Origin: the human T2T-CHM13v2.0 reference genome, Homo sapiens
Assembly (NCBI RefSeq): GCF_009914755.1
Contig: NC_060928.1
Direction: 5' to 3' (one strand)
Length of the DNA: 64,000 nt
Below are positions 14,026 to 30,068 of the stretch, one piece after another (within the stretch, counting starts at the first letter, position 1; each line of letters starts with the position of its first letter). Below the pieces are notes generated by a model, which was not told where the DNA came from, searched no databases, and worked only from the letters and a program-made list of their open reading frames with translations. The position numbers and the translations under genes are program-made.

Positions 14026-14430
14026 TTCTGCCTCTTATAATAATCAGCACTTTGTTTCTTGAAGGAATGGTTGAAGATTGTATTTTATTTATATTTCCAG
14101 TGCCTAACATTCAGAAATGCTCAATAAATGTTGAATAAATGAATGCATAACCAAATTACTAAAGCATGTTTTTTGAAAAGCTGAAGAATGAAGTATAAGT
14201 AGTAGCAGTCATTACATGATGTGTTAGAAGAAGATTAATTCATCTTTTTTTATACAAATAATGTTTTACTTTTGCCACTTTGTATAGGTTCATAAAATTA
14301 ATCATTTCTCTGGTTCCTGTATTTCTCTTTCTTTTCTAAAAGTTTCCTGATTCATCTAATTTTCTCATACTGAAAATAAAGATATCCATAGAACAATGAC
14401 ACCCACAATAGCAACAAATACCAGAAGTTA

Positions 14431-14802
<372 letters not shown>

Positions 14803-15179
14803 CTATCATTGATGTCTATTTCATCCAAAAAAAATTGGCACCTTCTCTGTGTGTTGTAGCAAGTCCACACTTAGATGCATCTTTGATTCCAAATAGTACA
14901 TAAAATGCAAAGAGAAATATAGCACTTAAACACAAGATAGCATTTCATGGGACATAACTGAAGTAGAGTTGAGTGCGCCAGTTGGCCTGCTCAAAGCTAG
15001 AGACTAAAAGAGAGCTTTTAGAGGAGGCTCACAGAAAACACACTTGATGTCGATAGGAGAAAGCAAAAGCAGCCTACTGACAAACTGAACCAAGCACCCC
15101 AATAGCTAGGAAACTACATTTGTAGATCCTAAGTATCACAACAGGGCAGGACCTCCACATGCTACAGTTCACCCAAACA

Positions 15180-17150
<1,971 letters not shown>

Positions 17151-17413
17151 TGTTAAAACTTTTGTGCTTGTTTTATTATTATTGTTATTATTATTATTCG
17201 AGATGTAGAAGCAAATAAATAATAAAAATTTTTGAAGTCAGTATTTTGAAAATATTAATAAAAATTGATAAACTCATAGCTTATCAATAATAGAGGAGAG
17301 AAAAACACAAATAATCAATATTAGGAATGATAGAGCATATAAAACTCCAGATTCTATAGAAATGTAAAAAGTGATAAGAAGATATAACTGAAAAAAATCT
17401 ATAAATTTGACAA

Positions 17414-17572
17414 CATAGACTAAATGATTAAATTTCTTAAAAACGTAACTCATCAAACCTGACCAAGAATAATAAGAAATTATGAAGAACTCACCATAGA
17501 CTAAATGATTAAATTTCTCAAAAACATAACTCATCAAACCTGACCAAGAATAATAAGAAATTATGAAGAGCT
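17414..17572 (+). repeat. 81-bp tandem duplication inside L1M
   Basis: catagactaaatgattaaatttct...aagaaattatgaaga starts at 17414 and 17495, with 3 substitutions. Confidence 0.93.
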
Positions 17573-18706
17573 CCACACATGCTGAAAATATTGAAATCAA
17601 TTATTAGCCTACCTGAAAGAAAATTGACAATTCAGTTGTGCTTTACTGGTGTTTTCATCAGGCATTTCAGGAAAAAATAAAGAAATTGTACATAAACTCT
17701 TTTACAAAATAGAGGAGGAAACGCTTTCCAAATGACTGAATAATATTTAAATGATTTTATATCAAAACCTTATGGAGACATAGAGGAAAAGAACTTGACA
17801 TACATGGGAAAAATTACATGTATTAAAATGCTAAAAAATATTAACATATTAGATGTCATCAACAAGCAGATTTATTCCAGGGCAGCAAGGTTGGTTCAAC
17901 ATTCTAAAATCAATCAACATCGTTTACATATTAACAGAAAAAAGACAATAAGTTCTATGATTATGTCAATTGGTGAATTAAAAACATTTGACAAAATTCA
18001 ATATCCATTTATAACAAAACTTGGTAATGAAAGCACTATTATCAAAACTTGCGGGATGCGGTGAAAGCAATCTTAGAGGAAATTGTTTAGTTTTAATTTT
18101 TTATGTTGAAGGGGATTTTCTACCTTAAAAATGTAGAAATAAGTAAGCAAAGTGAGAAGACTCTACATAAGTAGGAACTTACAGGAACATGCTCAATCAG
18201 ATAAAGTTTCCAAAAAAAAAAAAAAACCCACCAGGTAACGTCATACTTAATAGTGAAATTTGAACGCAACCCTCCTAAAATCTGGCACAAAGCCAGGATG
18301 TCCTCTATTTTCACTACTTCTATTTAACATTGTAATGAAGGACCTCATCAGTGCGACACAGCATTAAAAAAATCATATGAGATTTGGAAAACAAATTAAT
18401 AAACCTATCTTTTTCCTCTGTTAACATGATTATGTAGAAGCATTTATATAACCTTCAAAGAAATCTTTAACTAAAGTGAACACAGCAACTATTTTTACAA
18501 CTATTTATATATACATTCCATATCATTCTAAACTCTATTTTTTTTGTAGAAATGATGTAGCTGGCTATAAAATTTATATGGAAATGCAAAGGACCTAGGG
18601 CAGCCAAAATGATTTTGCAAAAGAAGAAATTTGGAATATCAGATTTCAAAACTTGCTATAAGGGTACATAACTAAGAGCAGTATTGGCATAAGAATAGAG
18701 AAATAA

Positions 18707-18804
18707 ACTTGGCACAGTGGCACATACTTGTAGTCCTAGCAACTCAAGAGGCTGAGGCTGAGGCTGAAGGACTGCTTGAGACCAGCCTGGCACCATAGCA
18801 AGAC
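18707..18804 (+). mobile_element. Alu monomer (FLAM-like), degraded
   Basis: ggcacagtggcacatacttgtagtcctagcaactcaagaggctgagg...gagaccagcctgg...catagcaagac. Confidence 0.75.
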
Positions 18805-18955
18805 AAGAAAGAAAAGGAAAGGAGAAAGGAGAAAGGAAAGAAAAGGAAAGGAAAGGAAAGGAAAAAAGAAAAGAAAGAGAGAGAAAGAGAGAGGGGGAGG
18901 GAGGGAGAGAGGAAGGAAGGGAGGGAAAAGAAAGAAGAAAAAGCAAGCAAGCAAA

Positions 18956-18992
<37 letters not shown>

Positions 18993-19160
18993 AAAAGAGA
19001 GAGAGAGAAAGACAAAGAAAGATGGGAGGGAGGGAAGGAAGGAAGGAAGAGAAAGAGAAAAAGGAAGGAAGAAAGAAGGAAGGAAGGAAGGAAAGAAGGA
19101 AGGAATGAAGGAGGAAAAGAAAGAAAGAAGAAAGAGAAAGAAAGAAAGAAAGGAGAGAAA
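18805..19160 (+). repeat. ~355-bp polypurine (GAAA/GGAA/GA)n tract
   Basis: Almost only A and G. Sits where the monomer's A-tail should be. agagaaata recurs on both sides of monomer plus tract. Confidence 0.95.
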
Positions 19161-20093
19161 TAGATCAATGGTACAAAACAGCATTCAGAAAATGGTCTAA
19201 AATATGTAGAAAATAATTTTCAACAAAAATACCAAAGCGAATAGAGACAAGAAATGTTTTCAATAAATATTTCAACAACTCAACGTCTGTGTAAAAAAAA
19301 GGAGCCTTGACACATTCCTGTCATACTCATACATGTCATGCACAGAAATTTTAAATGTATCATAAAATTAAAAAAATTTAAATAAATCATAAACCTAATT
19401 GTGAAATCTAAACTTATAAAATATCTAGGGGAAAAAATAGAAAATGTATTTGTAAATATGAGGATGACAATTCTGAAAAAGGACACTCATTTATTCATTA
19501 TACATGTCTTTTAAAAATGTATAAGTTAGATTTTAACAAAATACAAACATCTCCTCTTTTAAAGAATTATGAAGCAAGTTAAAGTTACAGAGCAGAAAAA
19601 ATATTTGTAGTGTACAAATCTGAAAAAGGATATGTGTCCAAAATAAAGACAATCTTATAGCTCAATAACTAAAACACAATAATTTTTTTAAATGGGCAAA
19701 AAACTTGAAAACACAATTTTTAAACAAGATACACAAATGCTCAACAAGAACATGGAGAGATGCTCAACATCGTTGCCTGATCAAGATAAGGCAAATTGAA
19801 ACTACCTTGAGGTATTAATTCATGCTGAGTAGAGTGACTTAAATTAAAAAGATTAGCAATATTGAGAGTTGACAAGGATGTGTAGCAATTTGAACACTAA
19901 TACATTATTGGTAAAAGTGTACAATCGTAGAAGCTCTTTGGAAAGCAGCTTGGATACACTTGAACTATGATCCTGCAATTATATTTCCAATAACTTACCC
20001 AAGAGTAATAAAGTAATAAAAATATATGTCTGCAAATGCACTTATACACAAAAGTTCATGGAAATTGTACTCATAATAACCCAAAACTGGAAG

Positions 20094-20710
20094 TGATGAA
20101 ACCAGCAACCGGTTGATTTGATCAGGTCAGCCTGCTTTGCTTGCTTTTTAAATTTTTTACCCCCTTTTTCATGATGCTGAAGTACCATTGAAGGCTAAAA
20201 CTTAACCTTGAATAGCTACTTTACAGATAACATTCATAGGTCACCATGCTAAGGGTCACTTCAGTTGTATTTTAGGAAATTGGGCCAGCTCCTATCCAGT
20301 TGAAACCCGTTGAGATCACTGACCCTTCCACTGGCCCTGCACATGTGCCCAGGAGGTAAGCTGTTGATGTCAGAAGGCCAAAAAGTCCATCCTCAGATTG
20401 TACTAACACTGCCATTTTCGGTATGTATGTTCTATGAAATGCCATGAACCCTGAATATGCCTACACAAAATAAACCTATTACTTCATTTTCCTCCACTGC
20501 CAATCGCCTTTCCCCATGCCTTAGACCACTTCACTTTCCTAACCTGTAAGTATCCCTAAGCTTTATCTTCAGGGAGATGAATTTACAGTTGTTCTCCCAC
20601 CTCCTCCTCACTCAGCAGTCTTGTAAAACACATTTGTCTTTTGCACAATCCCTGTCACGGTGATTAATGTACTGGGCATGGAAAAAAGGGACATGGACCT
20701 GTCTATAACA
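20094..20710 (+). mobile_element. ERV1-class solo LTR, subfamily uncertain
   Basis: tg...ca-bounded ~615-bp block interrupting L1. Motif ggccaaaaagtccatcctcagattgtactaacactgccatttt resembles MER4-group LTRs. Confidence 0.6.
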
Positions 20711-22309
20711 GTCACTTAAATTGTCATGACAATTTGACAAGGGAATAAACAAATGTAATATATTCATACAATGAAATACTATTCAGCAATAAAAAAGAGT
20801 AAACTACTTATCACACAACAACATGAATGGATCTCAAAAACATTATTCTGTGTGAAAGAAAATAGACACAATAAAATACATTCTATACAATTCCACTTAT
20901 ATTAAATTCTAGAATAGGAAAAAGTAAAATTATGGTGACAAACATCATGGGAATTGTTGCCACAGGTAAGGATTATATAGACTTTATTTAATGGTGAAAT
21001 GCCCTATGTCTTAGTAGGATAATTATTTGCATGAGTGATTTCTCCTGTCAAAACTAATTAAACTGAATACTTAAAATGCATGTACATCATTATGTTAATC
21101 ATATCTCAATAAATGTGTTTATTGCTTGGTTTAAACAAAGTTATAAGGAAAATAAATAAATACTCATACCTCACAAATGTCATGTTTTACACTCTTTTTT
21201 ATAATCTCTTTCCTAGGCAATTATACAAGTTTACATACTAGTGATCATAACATAGATAAAATGTCATATGCTGTATTTACTTCTAAATGATTTAGCATAA
21301 TTTCAGGCCAAACTAAATTGTTACCAAATTAAAGATATGAAAAGCAAATAGATAAAAATATATAAAACATATAGCATAAGCAACACAAAATTACTTGTGG
21401 ACAAAGAATACAAGAGAAATACTTATCTAGTAATTCATAAGTTTTGGATTTGATTAATTTCTTGGAATTCCTAACTTTATCCTCTGGAGAATAAATAAGG
21501 TAAAGGGATAAAATACAGAATTCTGAAAAAGAAATTTGAATCGCCTTTGATTTGAGAATGGCAAAACAAGAGAGTAAGCTCCCTTTTCCTAAGAATGGGA
21601 AAGCCCCTCCATTTAGCTGAGAAAAGTAGGGTACAGAAGATGACCTATGGGGAGATTTTCTGAAGATCTCTCCTCTTCCCAGTAGAATCAAAGCTGGAAA
21701 TACAATCACTTATGTAATATGGCTTTTCTTTTCTGCCCTAAGAATTTTGAAATAAACTGCTGATGAGAGCTGCATGCAATGGAACAGACCAGAGTGACTG
21801 GTTCTTGGCTAGGAGCTAATTATTTGAATCTCAAAGGTTATTGAGAACTCCAATAAAAAACGAAAATATGTAGCAAAAAACAAAAGCAAGAAACAGAACC
21901 TAAGTCTACACCCAAGGCTGCACATGGCATTATTGAACACTCTTCCTGCCACCATAGTGTCCTCAGAATACATTTCTCAGCTATTAATGAAGGAAAATAT
22001 TTCTCACAAAGAAAATAGAATCAAAGATAGTATCTCTTACATCAGATTGCCAACAACAGTTCTAAACAGAGCTGACTGCTTCATTTGTGAGGAAAATTAA
22101 AAAGTGCATATCTCATAGACAGATATATTGAATAAAAATTAATTACATAATAGCATATAAATGAGACAGCACATAAAAAATGCATAAGCTCTGAAAGAAA
22201 GCACACATGAAGGAAAAAAGAACATTTTCTAAGACTGGTTTGTCTAATAGAACTGAGAAACTTTTTAAGATTAATGGGAAAAATAACTCAAAAAAAGTAA
22301 CTCAAAAAT

Positions 22310-22870
22310 TATAGCAGACGTTATTGATTGTCTACTCAACAGACAGTATTATCTCCCTTCTACTTTCTAATATATGCCCATGTTCCTCAGATGCCAAATT
22401 GTCATCAGTGCAATCAGGGAAAGGATATCTTTTTCCTAGACCATGGGAAGAACAGAGATTAGTCCAAACCGATTTGTGTCTTTATGTTCTTTTTTCACAC
22501 TGAGTGACTAGGTAGGACTCTGTGATTCAACGTTCATCATTGAGACATGGGCAAATCTGCTGAAAAGCTTCTGTCAGATTTTCCTTCTCAGAATACAAGA
22601 AAATTTTCTTGAGGAGATATGCCTCTTTCTGCTTACTGATTTTTTTCCTTCCCCGTAGCAGTTGTATGACAACATGATGATTGGAGCTGTGAAAATAAAT
22701 CTGTGATCATGAGAGAAAAATTCCTGAAGAAAAGAATCAGTGAAAGGAGTATTGCAAAATGGCAAGGAATAAAAAGAATTTATGTCCTTGATGATATCAT
22801 TCCAGAATTACATCCTGAAACTGTCTACCTTCAGAACCATTATTTTGTGAGATACTTAAATACTCTTATT
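22310..22870 (+). mobile_element. old ERVL-type LTR (LTR33/LTR16-like), 5' and middle portion
   Basis: Motifs attagtccaaacc, atctgctgaaaagcttctg, gatgattggagctgtg, gtccttgatgatatcatt. Homologous to 24487-24700 on the opposite strand. Confidence 0.5.
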
Positions 22871-22975
22871 GGCCAGGCACAGTGGTTCACACCTGTAATT
22901 CCAACTGGAATGATGAAATCCAGAGGATTGCTTGAGCCCAGGAGTTCCAGAACAACTTGGGCAATGTAGTGAGAT
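22871..22975 (+). mobile_element. AluJ left-arm fragment, duplicate of the Alu at 24197-24486
   Basis: Shares non-consensus bases (atccagaggattgct, gttccaga, caacttgggcaa) and the same 5' flank with the reverse AluJ. Confidence 0.85.
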
Positions 22976-22980
22976 GGGGA

Positions 22981-23295
22981 CACACACACATACATATATA
23001 TGTGCATATATTATATATATTATACACTTGCATATATAATATATAATATACATTATATATACACATATATATTATATAGTAAAATAGTAAAATATACATT
23101 ATGTAGTAAATATATTATACAAATATATATTTTACTATATATAATATACAAATATGTATTTCACTATATATTTACATTATTTTACTATATATTTGTATAC
23201 ATAGACACACACATATATACGTATACACATATATACACACACACATATATATACAATATGTATGGCAACATATTTATGGTGAAATATATATATAG
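22981..23295. repeat. (TA/CA)n low-complexity tract
   Basis: Direct inspection. Confidence 0.9.
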
Positions 23296-24079
23296 TAAAA
23301 GCTACCAATTCTTTTATATTGACTTCTCATATCCTTTTGTCCACTGGATTTTGTCATGGACAATGGGGTTTTCACTTTATCTTGTTTAAAAAAAGGGTAT
23401 AGAGGTACTGTGTTTCCTGAAATCTTTGGGAATTTCTCTCTTCTTTTATATATGAATAATTGCGGGTCACTTTTTCTTCTCAGAAGTTATGGATCATTGC
23501 TTAATTATAAGTATTTAACTAAATAACTTTTTAATCAAATGCAGAGGAGTCTGGAGACAGATAGATTTCCCCCTTGTGTAAGATTTTTATTAGTTACTTA
23601 CATGTCTCTAGAATTTTTTTTAATCCTTGAAATTAAATCAATAATGCATATATGTCTCAGGTAACAACTGATTTATTTTCAGGAACATAGTGTGTCTGTT
23701 CTGATTACAGATCCACTTTGTTATTTACAGGAAATTTCTATTATGACACTGAGTACATTTCACTACATTGATTGGATTCTAAAGTCATGATAATTTTTCC
23801 TGTTAAAATTATATTTGTCAACAAGGTTATCTTTTCTAAAATTGCTTTGATGCTGTAATTTATATATATATATATGTGTATATATATATACACATAGTTT
23901 CTATATATACAGTTTCTATATATATAGACTACATATATATATAGTTTCTTATTATCTCAGGACTTCTCTACTTATGGTGGATCAGAGGCCTGCTTTGTCT
24001 TTCCTTTTCCTAGATATTTATAATTTATTCATTGTTAGTTAAGTTCTTAATTCTGTAATCTACCTTTGCACATCACTTT

Positions 24080-24150
24080 ATATGTATGCATTGAGCTGCA
24101 GGTAACAAAAAATTATTGACTAACAGTGTCTTAAGCAATAAGAACATTTC

Positions 24151-24199
<49 letters not shown>

Positions 24200-24700
24200 A
24201 CAGGGTCTTGCTCTGTCATCCAGGCCTGAGTGCAGTGGCATGATCAAAGTTCACTGAAGCCTTGACTTCCTGGGCTCAAGTGATCTTCCCACCTCAGCCT
24301 TCCAAGTAGCTGGGACAAGTGTGCACCAACATTCCCGCTAATTTTTAAAAATATATGTATATTTTTTGTAGAGACAGGGTCTCGCTATGTTGCCCAAGTT
24401 GGTCTGGAACTCCTGGGCTTAAGCAATCCTCTGGATTCCACTTTCCAGTGTGTTGGGATTACAGGTGTGAGCCACTGTGCCTGGCCAATAAAAACAATTA
24501 ACTATCTCACAAAATAATGAGACTGAAGGTAGATGGTTTCAGGAAATATTTCTGGGATGATACCATCAAGGGCATAAGTTCTTTTTATCCCTTGTCATTT
24601 TGCGATACTCCTTTCGCTGATTCTTTCCTTCAGGCTTTTTCACTCATGATCATGGATTTGTTTCCACAGCTCCAAATGTGTGGTCCTACAATTGCTATGA
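24080..24700 (-). mobile_element. old ERVL-type LTR (LTR33-like), 3' portion, with nested AluJ
   Basis: gagctgcaggtaacaaaaa...taacagtgtcttaagcaataag [Alu] tatctcacaaaataa...aaggtagatggtttcagg. Confidence 0.55.
24152..24486 (-). mobile_element. AluJ with (CA)n tail
   Basis: gagacagggtcttgctctgtc, cctgggctcaag, tcgctatgttgccca. (GT)n at 24152-24196. Degenerate TSD caataagaacattt / caataaaaacaatt. Confidence 0.92.
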
Positions 24701-24900
24701 GGTATATTTTATATATGTGTGTGTATATAATGTATAAGTACATTGTAATATTTATAATGTATGTGTATTAATATGTGTATAATGTATATATTATATATGT
24801 ATTATATACACTATATACATCACACAAATATATAAAATATATGTGTACGTATTATACATGTACATACACACATATATGTTATATATATACACACACATAT
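24701..24900. repeat. (TA/TG/CA)n low-complexity tract
   Basis: Direct inspection. Confidence 0.88.
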
Positions 24901-24944
24901 CCTGAAACTGTCTACCTTCAGACCCATTATTTTGTGAGATGATT

Positions 24945-25332
24945 ATATGTTCAATATTTGTCCTTCTGTACTTTGCTTATTTCACTTAACAGCATGTGCT
25001 CTAGGCTCATGTGTGTTGTCACACATGACAGACTTTCATGTATTGTGGCTGAATGATATTTTATTGTGTATATATATCACATTTTATGCATTAATCTCAA
25101 TGGACACTTGGGTTGATTCTATGTCTTGGCTATTGTGAATAGTGTTACAATTAACATGGGAGTACAGGCATCTCTTCAATATGCTGATTTCTTTCCCTTT
25201 TGATATGTACCCAGAAGTGGGATTGTTGGAACGTATGGTAGCTGTTATTAATTTTCTTAGGAACCTCCATACTGTTGTCCTTAATGGCTGTACTAATTTA
25301 CATTCCTACCAACTGTGTATAAGAGTTCCCCT
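24945..25332 (-). mobile_element. L1MA/MB fragment
   Basis: gcttatttcacttaac...atggacacttgggttgattc...ggaacctccatactgtt...tactaatttacattcctaccaac. Confidence 0.85.
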
Positions 25333-26459
25333 AAGTCTAAATTTTTATGTGCTGCTCTCATATTTGTCATCTCTATTGTTTTTTAGATTCTGGAACTGCT
25401 TTAAAGTACATTTTCTAAATTGCAAATATGAATTTCTTTGGTGTAAATCTGCTTTTTATTCTTTCTATTGAACATTTTATTTGGCAATTATTTCACATTG
25501 AATTTCATACTTTTCTTATCCAAGCATGTCTTTGTTTAACAGAACTAAAGATTTGAGTAATACTTTATAAGTACTAAGAATAAGAAACAACTGTGTTCTA
25601 CATTTTCTTTTGTGTCATAAACTGAATTCAATTCAGGGAAGGGTTTTCTTCTGAGTCATTACCATTTCATTTCTCTTTCCCTATTTCATAATGCTTTCTT
25701 GACATTTTCTATTAACTCCTGTTAGAACTTGATTTGTTGATATTTGTTCCTACTGCAAGAATGGCTGATGCATCACATCTTAAAGTCCTTACCCTAGATC
25801 TATTGCAAAGAAAGGAAATGATCCATGCCCAGTGTTGGGTGATAGTAAGAACATGGGTTTTGAATTCTTTTTCCACAGTAGTTTCCTGGATACTGGCAGA
25901 TACAGTTTTACTATGTAAAATAGATTGTATAACAGTTCGCTCATTGTGGAATTTAGCAAATGCTGGTTTTCTTAGTTACTCTGTGTACCTTTTCAAATTT
26001 TTCAATAAAACCAAAGACCTACTCAAAAATATGTGAAAAATAAATTTCCATGGGCCTAGAGTCGTGGTTCAGAGAACAATGTGAAGCGGGCCAGAGGTTA
26101 TTATCACTGCTCCCAGGTGTAAGCAATACAGGATTTATAGCTGTGACTAAAAAGCTGAAAGGCAAAAAACCCACAAAGTAAGTCCTGGAGATCTTTCAAT
26201 GTGTGGCTTTCCATGGCAATGTTAGCCAGAGGCAATTAAGGTCACAAGCCTGGACAATTAGTTGTGCAGACTTCCGTGGCCAGAGGCCAATGAACACATT
26301 GTCAGTAGAAGCTGGTAATGGCAATTCCTAGTACATTTTGGTCAAGCCAAATGACAGAGAAGTAACAGAGGGATGACTTCTAATTCTAACTCATCTGCTT
26401 AAACAGCTAAGCAAATACAAGATAAGCTCACTTCTTGCTTCTCATTGCAAAGATGTTAA

Positions 26460-26757
<298 letters not shown>

Positions 26758-28913
26758 TAACCTTTTATTTTCAAATAGATTAATGGCTTATTTACAAATC
26801 AAACGAAATGTAAAACCAGGGGCAAGTGTTCTGACAGTTTCATTCACTCTTCCATCTTTCTTTCCATAAGTGAGGTAGGCAGAAAATTTGTATTTCTCCA
26901 GTTAATACTTTAGATCCCTCCCATCTGAGAACAACATCAAAACAACAAAAAGCATGAATTCCAGGAAAACAAAGGTAACATTTGAAAATCTGCTGGAAAG
27001 TTGGAAACAGAAGCTGCACTGGGAGAAGAGTATAAGTAAACATACATTGAATAGTTTAAAGTCCCTGTTTTCTACAGGAAACAGTAGGACATGAATTATC
27101 AGTTTTAATAGGGGTAGTGCCCTTGTCTTTTAAAAGGTAGAAATGCCTGGAGAAAGCACCTCCACCCCAGAGAAAAGAGACTGATGCATTGGCTTGGGTA
27201 TCCTAGGCCTGTGGCTTCTAGCACCAGAGTAGAGAGAAGGAAAGCTAATCTGGGAATCTGCTAGATCTAAATATAGTTCTGGGGAAACTGTCTCTCCAAG
27301 GGAACCCTGATATTGGAAGAGTGAATCCCAACAGACTTGGGAGAAAATAGTGGAAGATAACTCTGTGGATCCTTAAAGGGAATAAATAACCTTAGTGGGG
27401 CAGAGGAGACATTGTTGCTTTTTCAGCATAAGAATGTAAGAACCAATGATTTAATGCTAGGAAGACCAGTGGGTCTTTGGCTTTTCTCTCTATCTGCACC
27501 TCTTCCGTTGTCAAGCCCCCTGCCACACTGCTGCTTCCAATTACATTGGTTCACCATAGTCTCTAAATGTGAAGGGTTAAAGGGTCAAGGCTGCCCTTCA
27601 GAGAAAGGCCTTCAGTGCAAACTTCTCATCCTGCTCCATCTTCATGCTCTGAGTCACCTACTATAGACAATTATCTACGCATATTAGAAGATAGACCACT
27701 GTAGATGAGAAATTGCAAAGAGTTGCTTTTTCTCCCTTTAATCCTGACTAATTTATTGGCAATCATGAATGTAATTTTGCTCCTGTAGTAATAGAAAGGC
27801 TGCCAGAGATTTGTATAAAATTTTCTTAATGATGTCATGGGGTATTTGCTAATACAAAATCGGGAATATTTTTTGCTCTACATGCCAAAAATACTCTCTA
27901 AATAAGGAACCTAATCAGAAGAGTGTCAAATATTCTCTATGGCCTCCATATAAGGTTTATTTTGATCTGGGAGTTGTCAGAACATCACATAGGGTGCCCT
28001 TCCTGTGAGCCTGAGGTGAGCAATAGAAGTGAGGTTGGTGGCTTCAGGGTTTCCCCAGTTAGACACTGAGTTTTCCTGCACAAACACAGAACAAATGTGC
28101 TCTAGAGAGCCAGAGAATTCCTCCTAAGTACTTGCGGAGTTGAGCTGGAGCAGAACACTTGACATCCCTACAAATCCATAGGTCCCAGCAAGGAGCATGC
28201 AGATTGGAAGAACAGCAGCACTGCCACATTAAACTCCAAACTAAAGGGAAATTATGTGACGGAGTTAGGGAGGAAGATCAATAATTTAGGAGAGGAGCCC
28301 AGAAGGTGAATGGAAGAAAGTGCCAAATGAATATCTCAGTCTGCATCTAAGAACTGAGGAAAATGGCTAATGTGATTAGAGATGGGAAACCATTATGCAT
28401 TAGCTCACCCTGAGCTAATTTTCATAGTCTACTCATGCATGCAATGCATGAAATGGTTTTGGCCTGCTGGCATCTTAGCAATGATGCACAGCAATTGACA
28501 AATTGATGTTTATAGTTTCTTTTTGTTGTTGTTTGTTTATATGTGATATGGTCATTTAATGAGCTTCAGGTTACTCAAAATTTAACAGATATGAAGAAAA
28601 TTACAATGAACATCAAAACTATCTTTCTGTCGGGGTGTATGTGTGTTGGTTTGTAATGTATGCATACATAGGTGTGTGTGTACAGAATTTCAACTTTCTT
28701 AAAAGGATAGACTACAGGCACATCATAGTGTCAGCTTTTGTTCTAACATTCATTGGCATAAATGTTTTGTGATAGAAATAAACTCCACAATGTGTACACT
28801 GAGGATAGGTCTGAAAATGATTCCTGTGTAAAATATAATAATATAATGTTAAGGTACTCATAATATTTTGCACACATCCAGTACACTGGGTTTTGTAATA
28901 CACATTTATTTAA

Positions 28914-29238
<325 letters not shown>

Positions 29239-29264
29239 TCTGATGATTCTTTCAAAATAGTTTT

Positions 29265-29400
29265 TATTCTTGTTTTATGGATGAGAAAAGTCAAGTTCAG
29301 AGAGACGTGATTAGTCCAGGTAACTGCAATTGTAGGTAATAGAGCTGGGATTTTAAATAGGTGTTCCTCAGTGTAAAGCCCATGATTTCTCTACTTCACT
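29265..29400 (-). mobile_element. MIR fragment
   Basis: ttttatggatgagaaaagtcaagttcagagag...agagctgggatttt...aaagccca resembles the MIR core. Confidence 0.6.
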
Positions 29401-30068
29401 GTAGCAGCAGATGTGAGGAGTTACCATTAAGTCCTCCAGACCTGAGGTAAACCATAAAATTTGCCCAACGTTTTTATATTGCCAAGTATCCAGGATACAC
29501 AGGAATGGAATGGAAATTTTGAGAGAAAAATCAGCATCTTGGTGAAGCTGGAAGAACCATAAACACTCCACACATCATACATCAAAAAAAAAAAAAAAAT
29601 GCTACTCTGACCAACTGGAAAATGGTTTAGCAGTTCCTTCAGAACTATACTCAGAAACTTCCTTTTAAGAACTCTTTTATATGACATATTCACTTGGGAT
29701 GCTATCAAGAAAATGGATGGGTAATAGTGGTGACTCAGTCTATGCTGGTTCTGAGCAGGCCACACAAGCAATACAGAAAATAGGAAGAAAGATTTGTGTG
29801 ATTAATACAGTAGGAATCAGCATATATGCAATGAAGGCCACTCATTAGTTTGTTCCTGACACTCGTGTAAAAGAAAAAAGCTTTAAGAAAAGGGTTCTTT
29901 GGCCGGAAGCGGTGGCTCATGCCTGTAATCCCAGCACTTTGGGAGGTCGAGGCGCAAGGATCACGAGGTCAGGGGATCCAGACCATCCTCGCTAACACGG
30001 TGAAACCCTGTCTCCACTGAAAATTCAAAAAGTTAGCCTGACGTGGTGGCGGGCGCCTGTAGTCCCAG

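Larger units (their letters stand above)
17230..21120 (+). mobile_element. degraded L1M (L1MC-like) ORF2 to 3' end, with nested FLAM and ERV1-like LTR
   Basis: Relics: caaggttggttcaacattctaaaatcaatc; aaacatttgacaaaattcaatatccatt; aaaatttatatggaaatgcaaaggacctag; aacatgaatggatctcaaaaacattat. Confidence 0.75.

Noticed and set aside
18656-19184. 110-170 aa ORFs rich in F/L/S or K/R/E
   Set aside because: Translations of the polypurine simple repeat.
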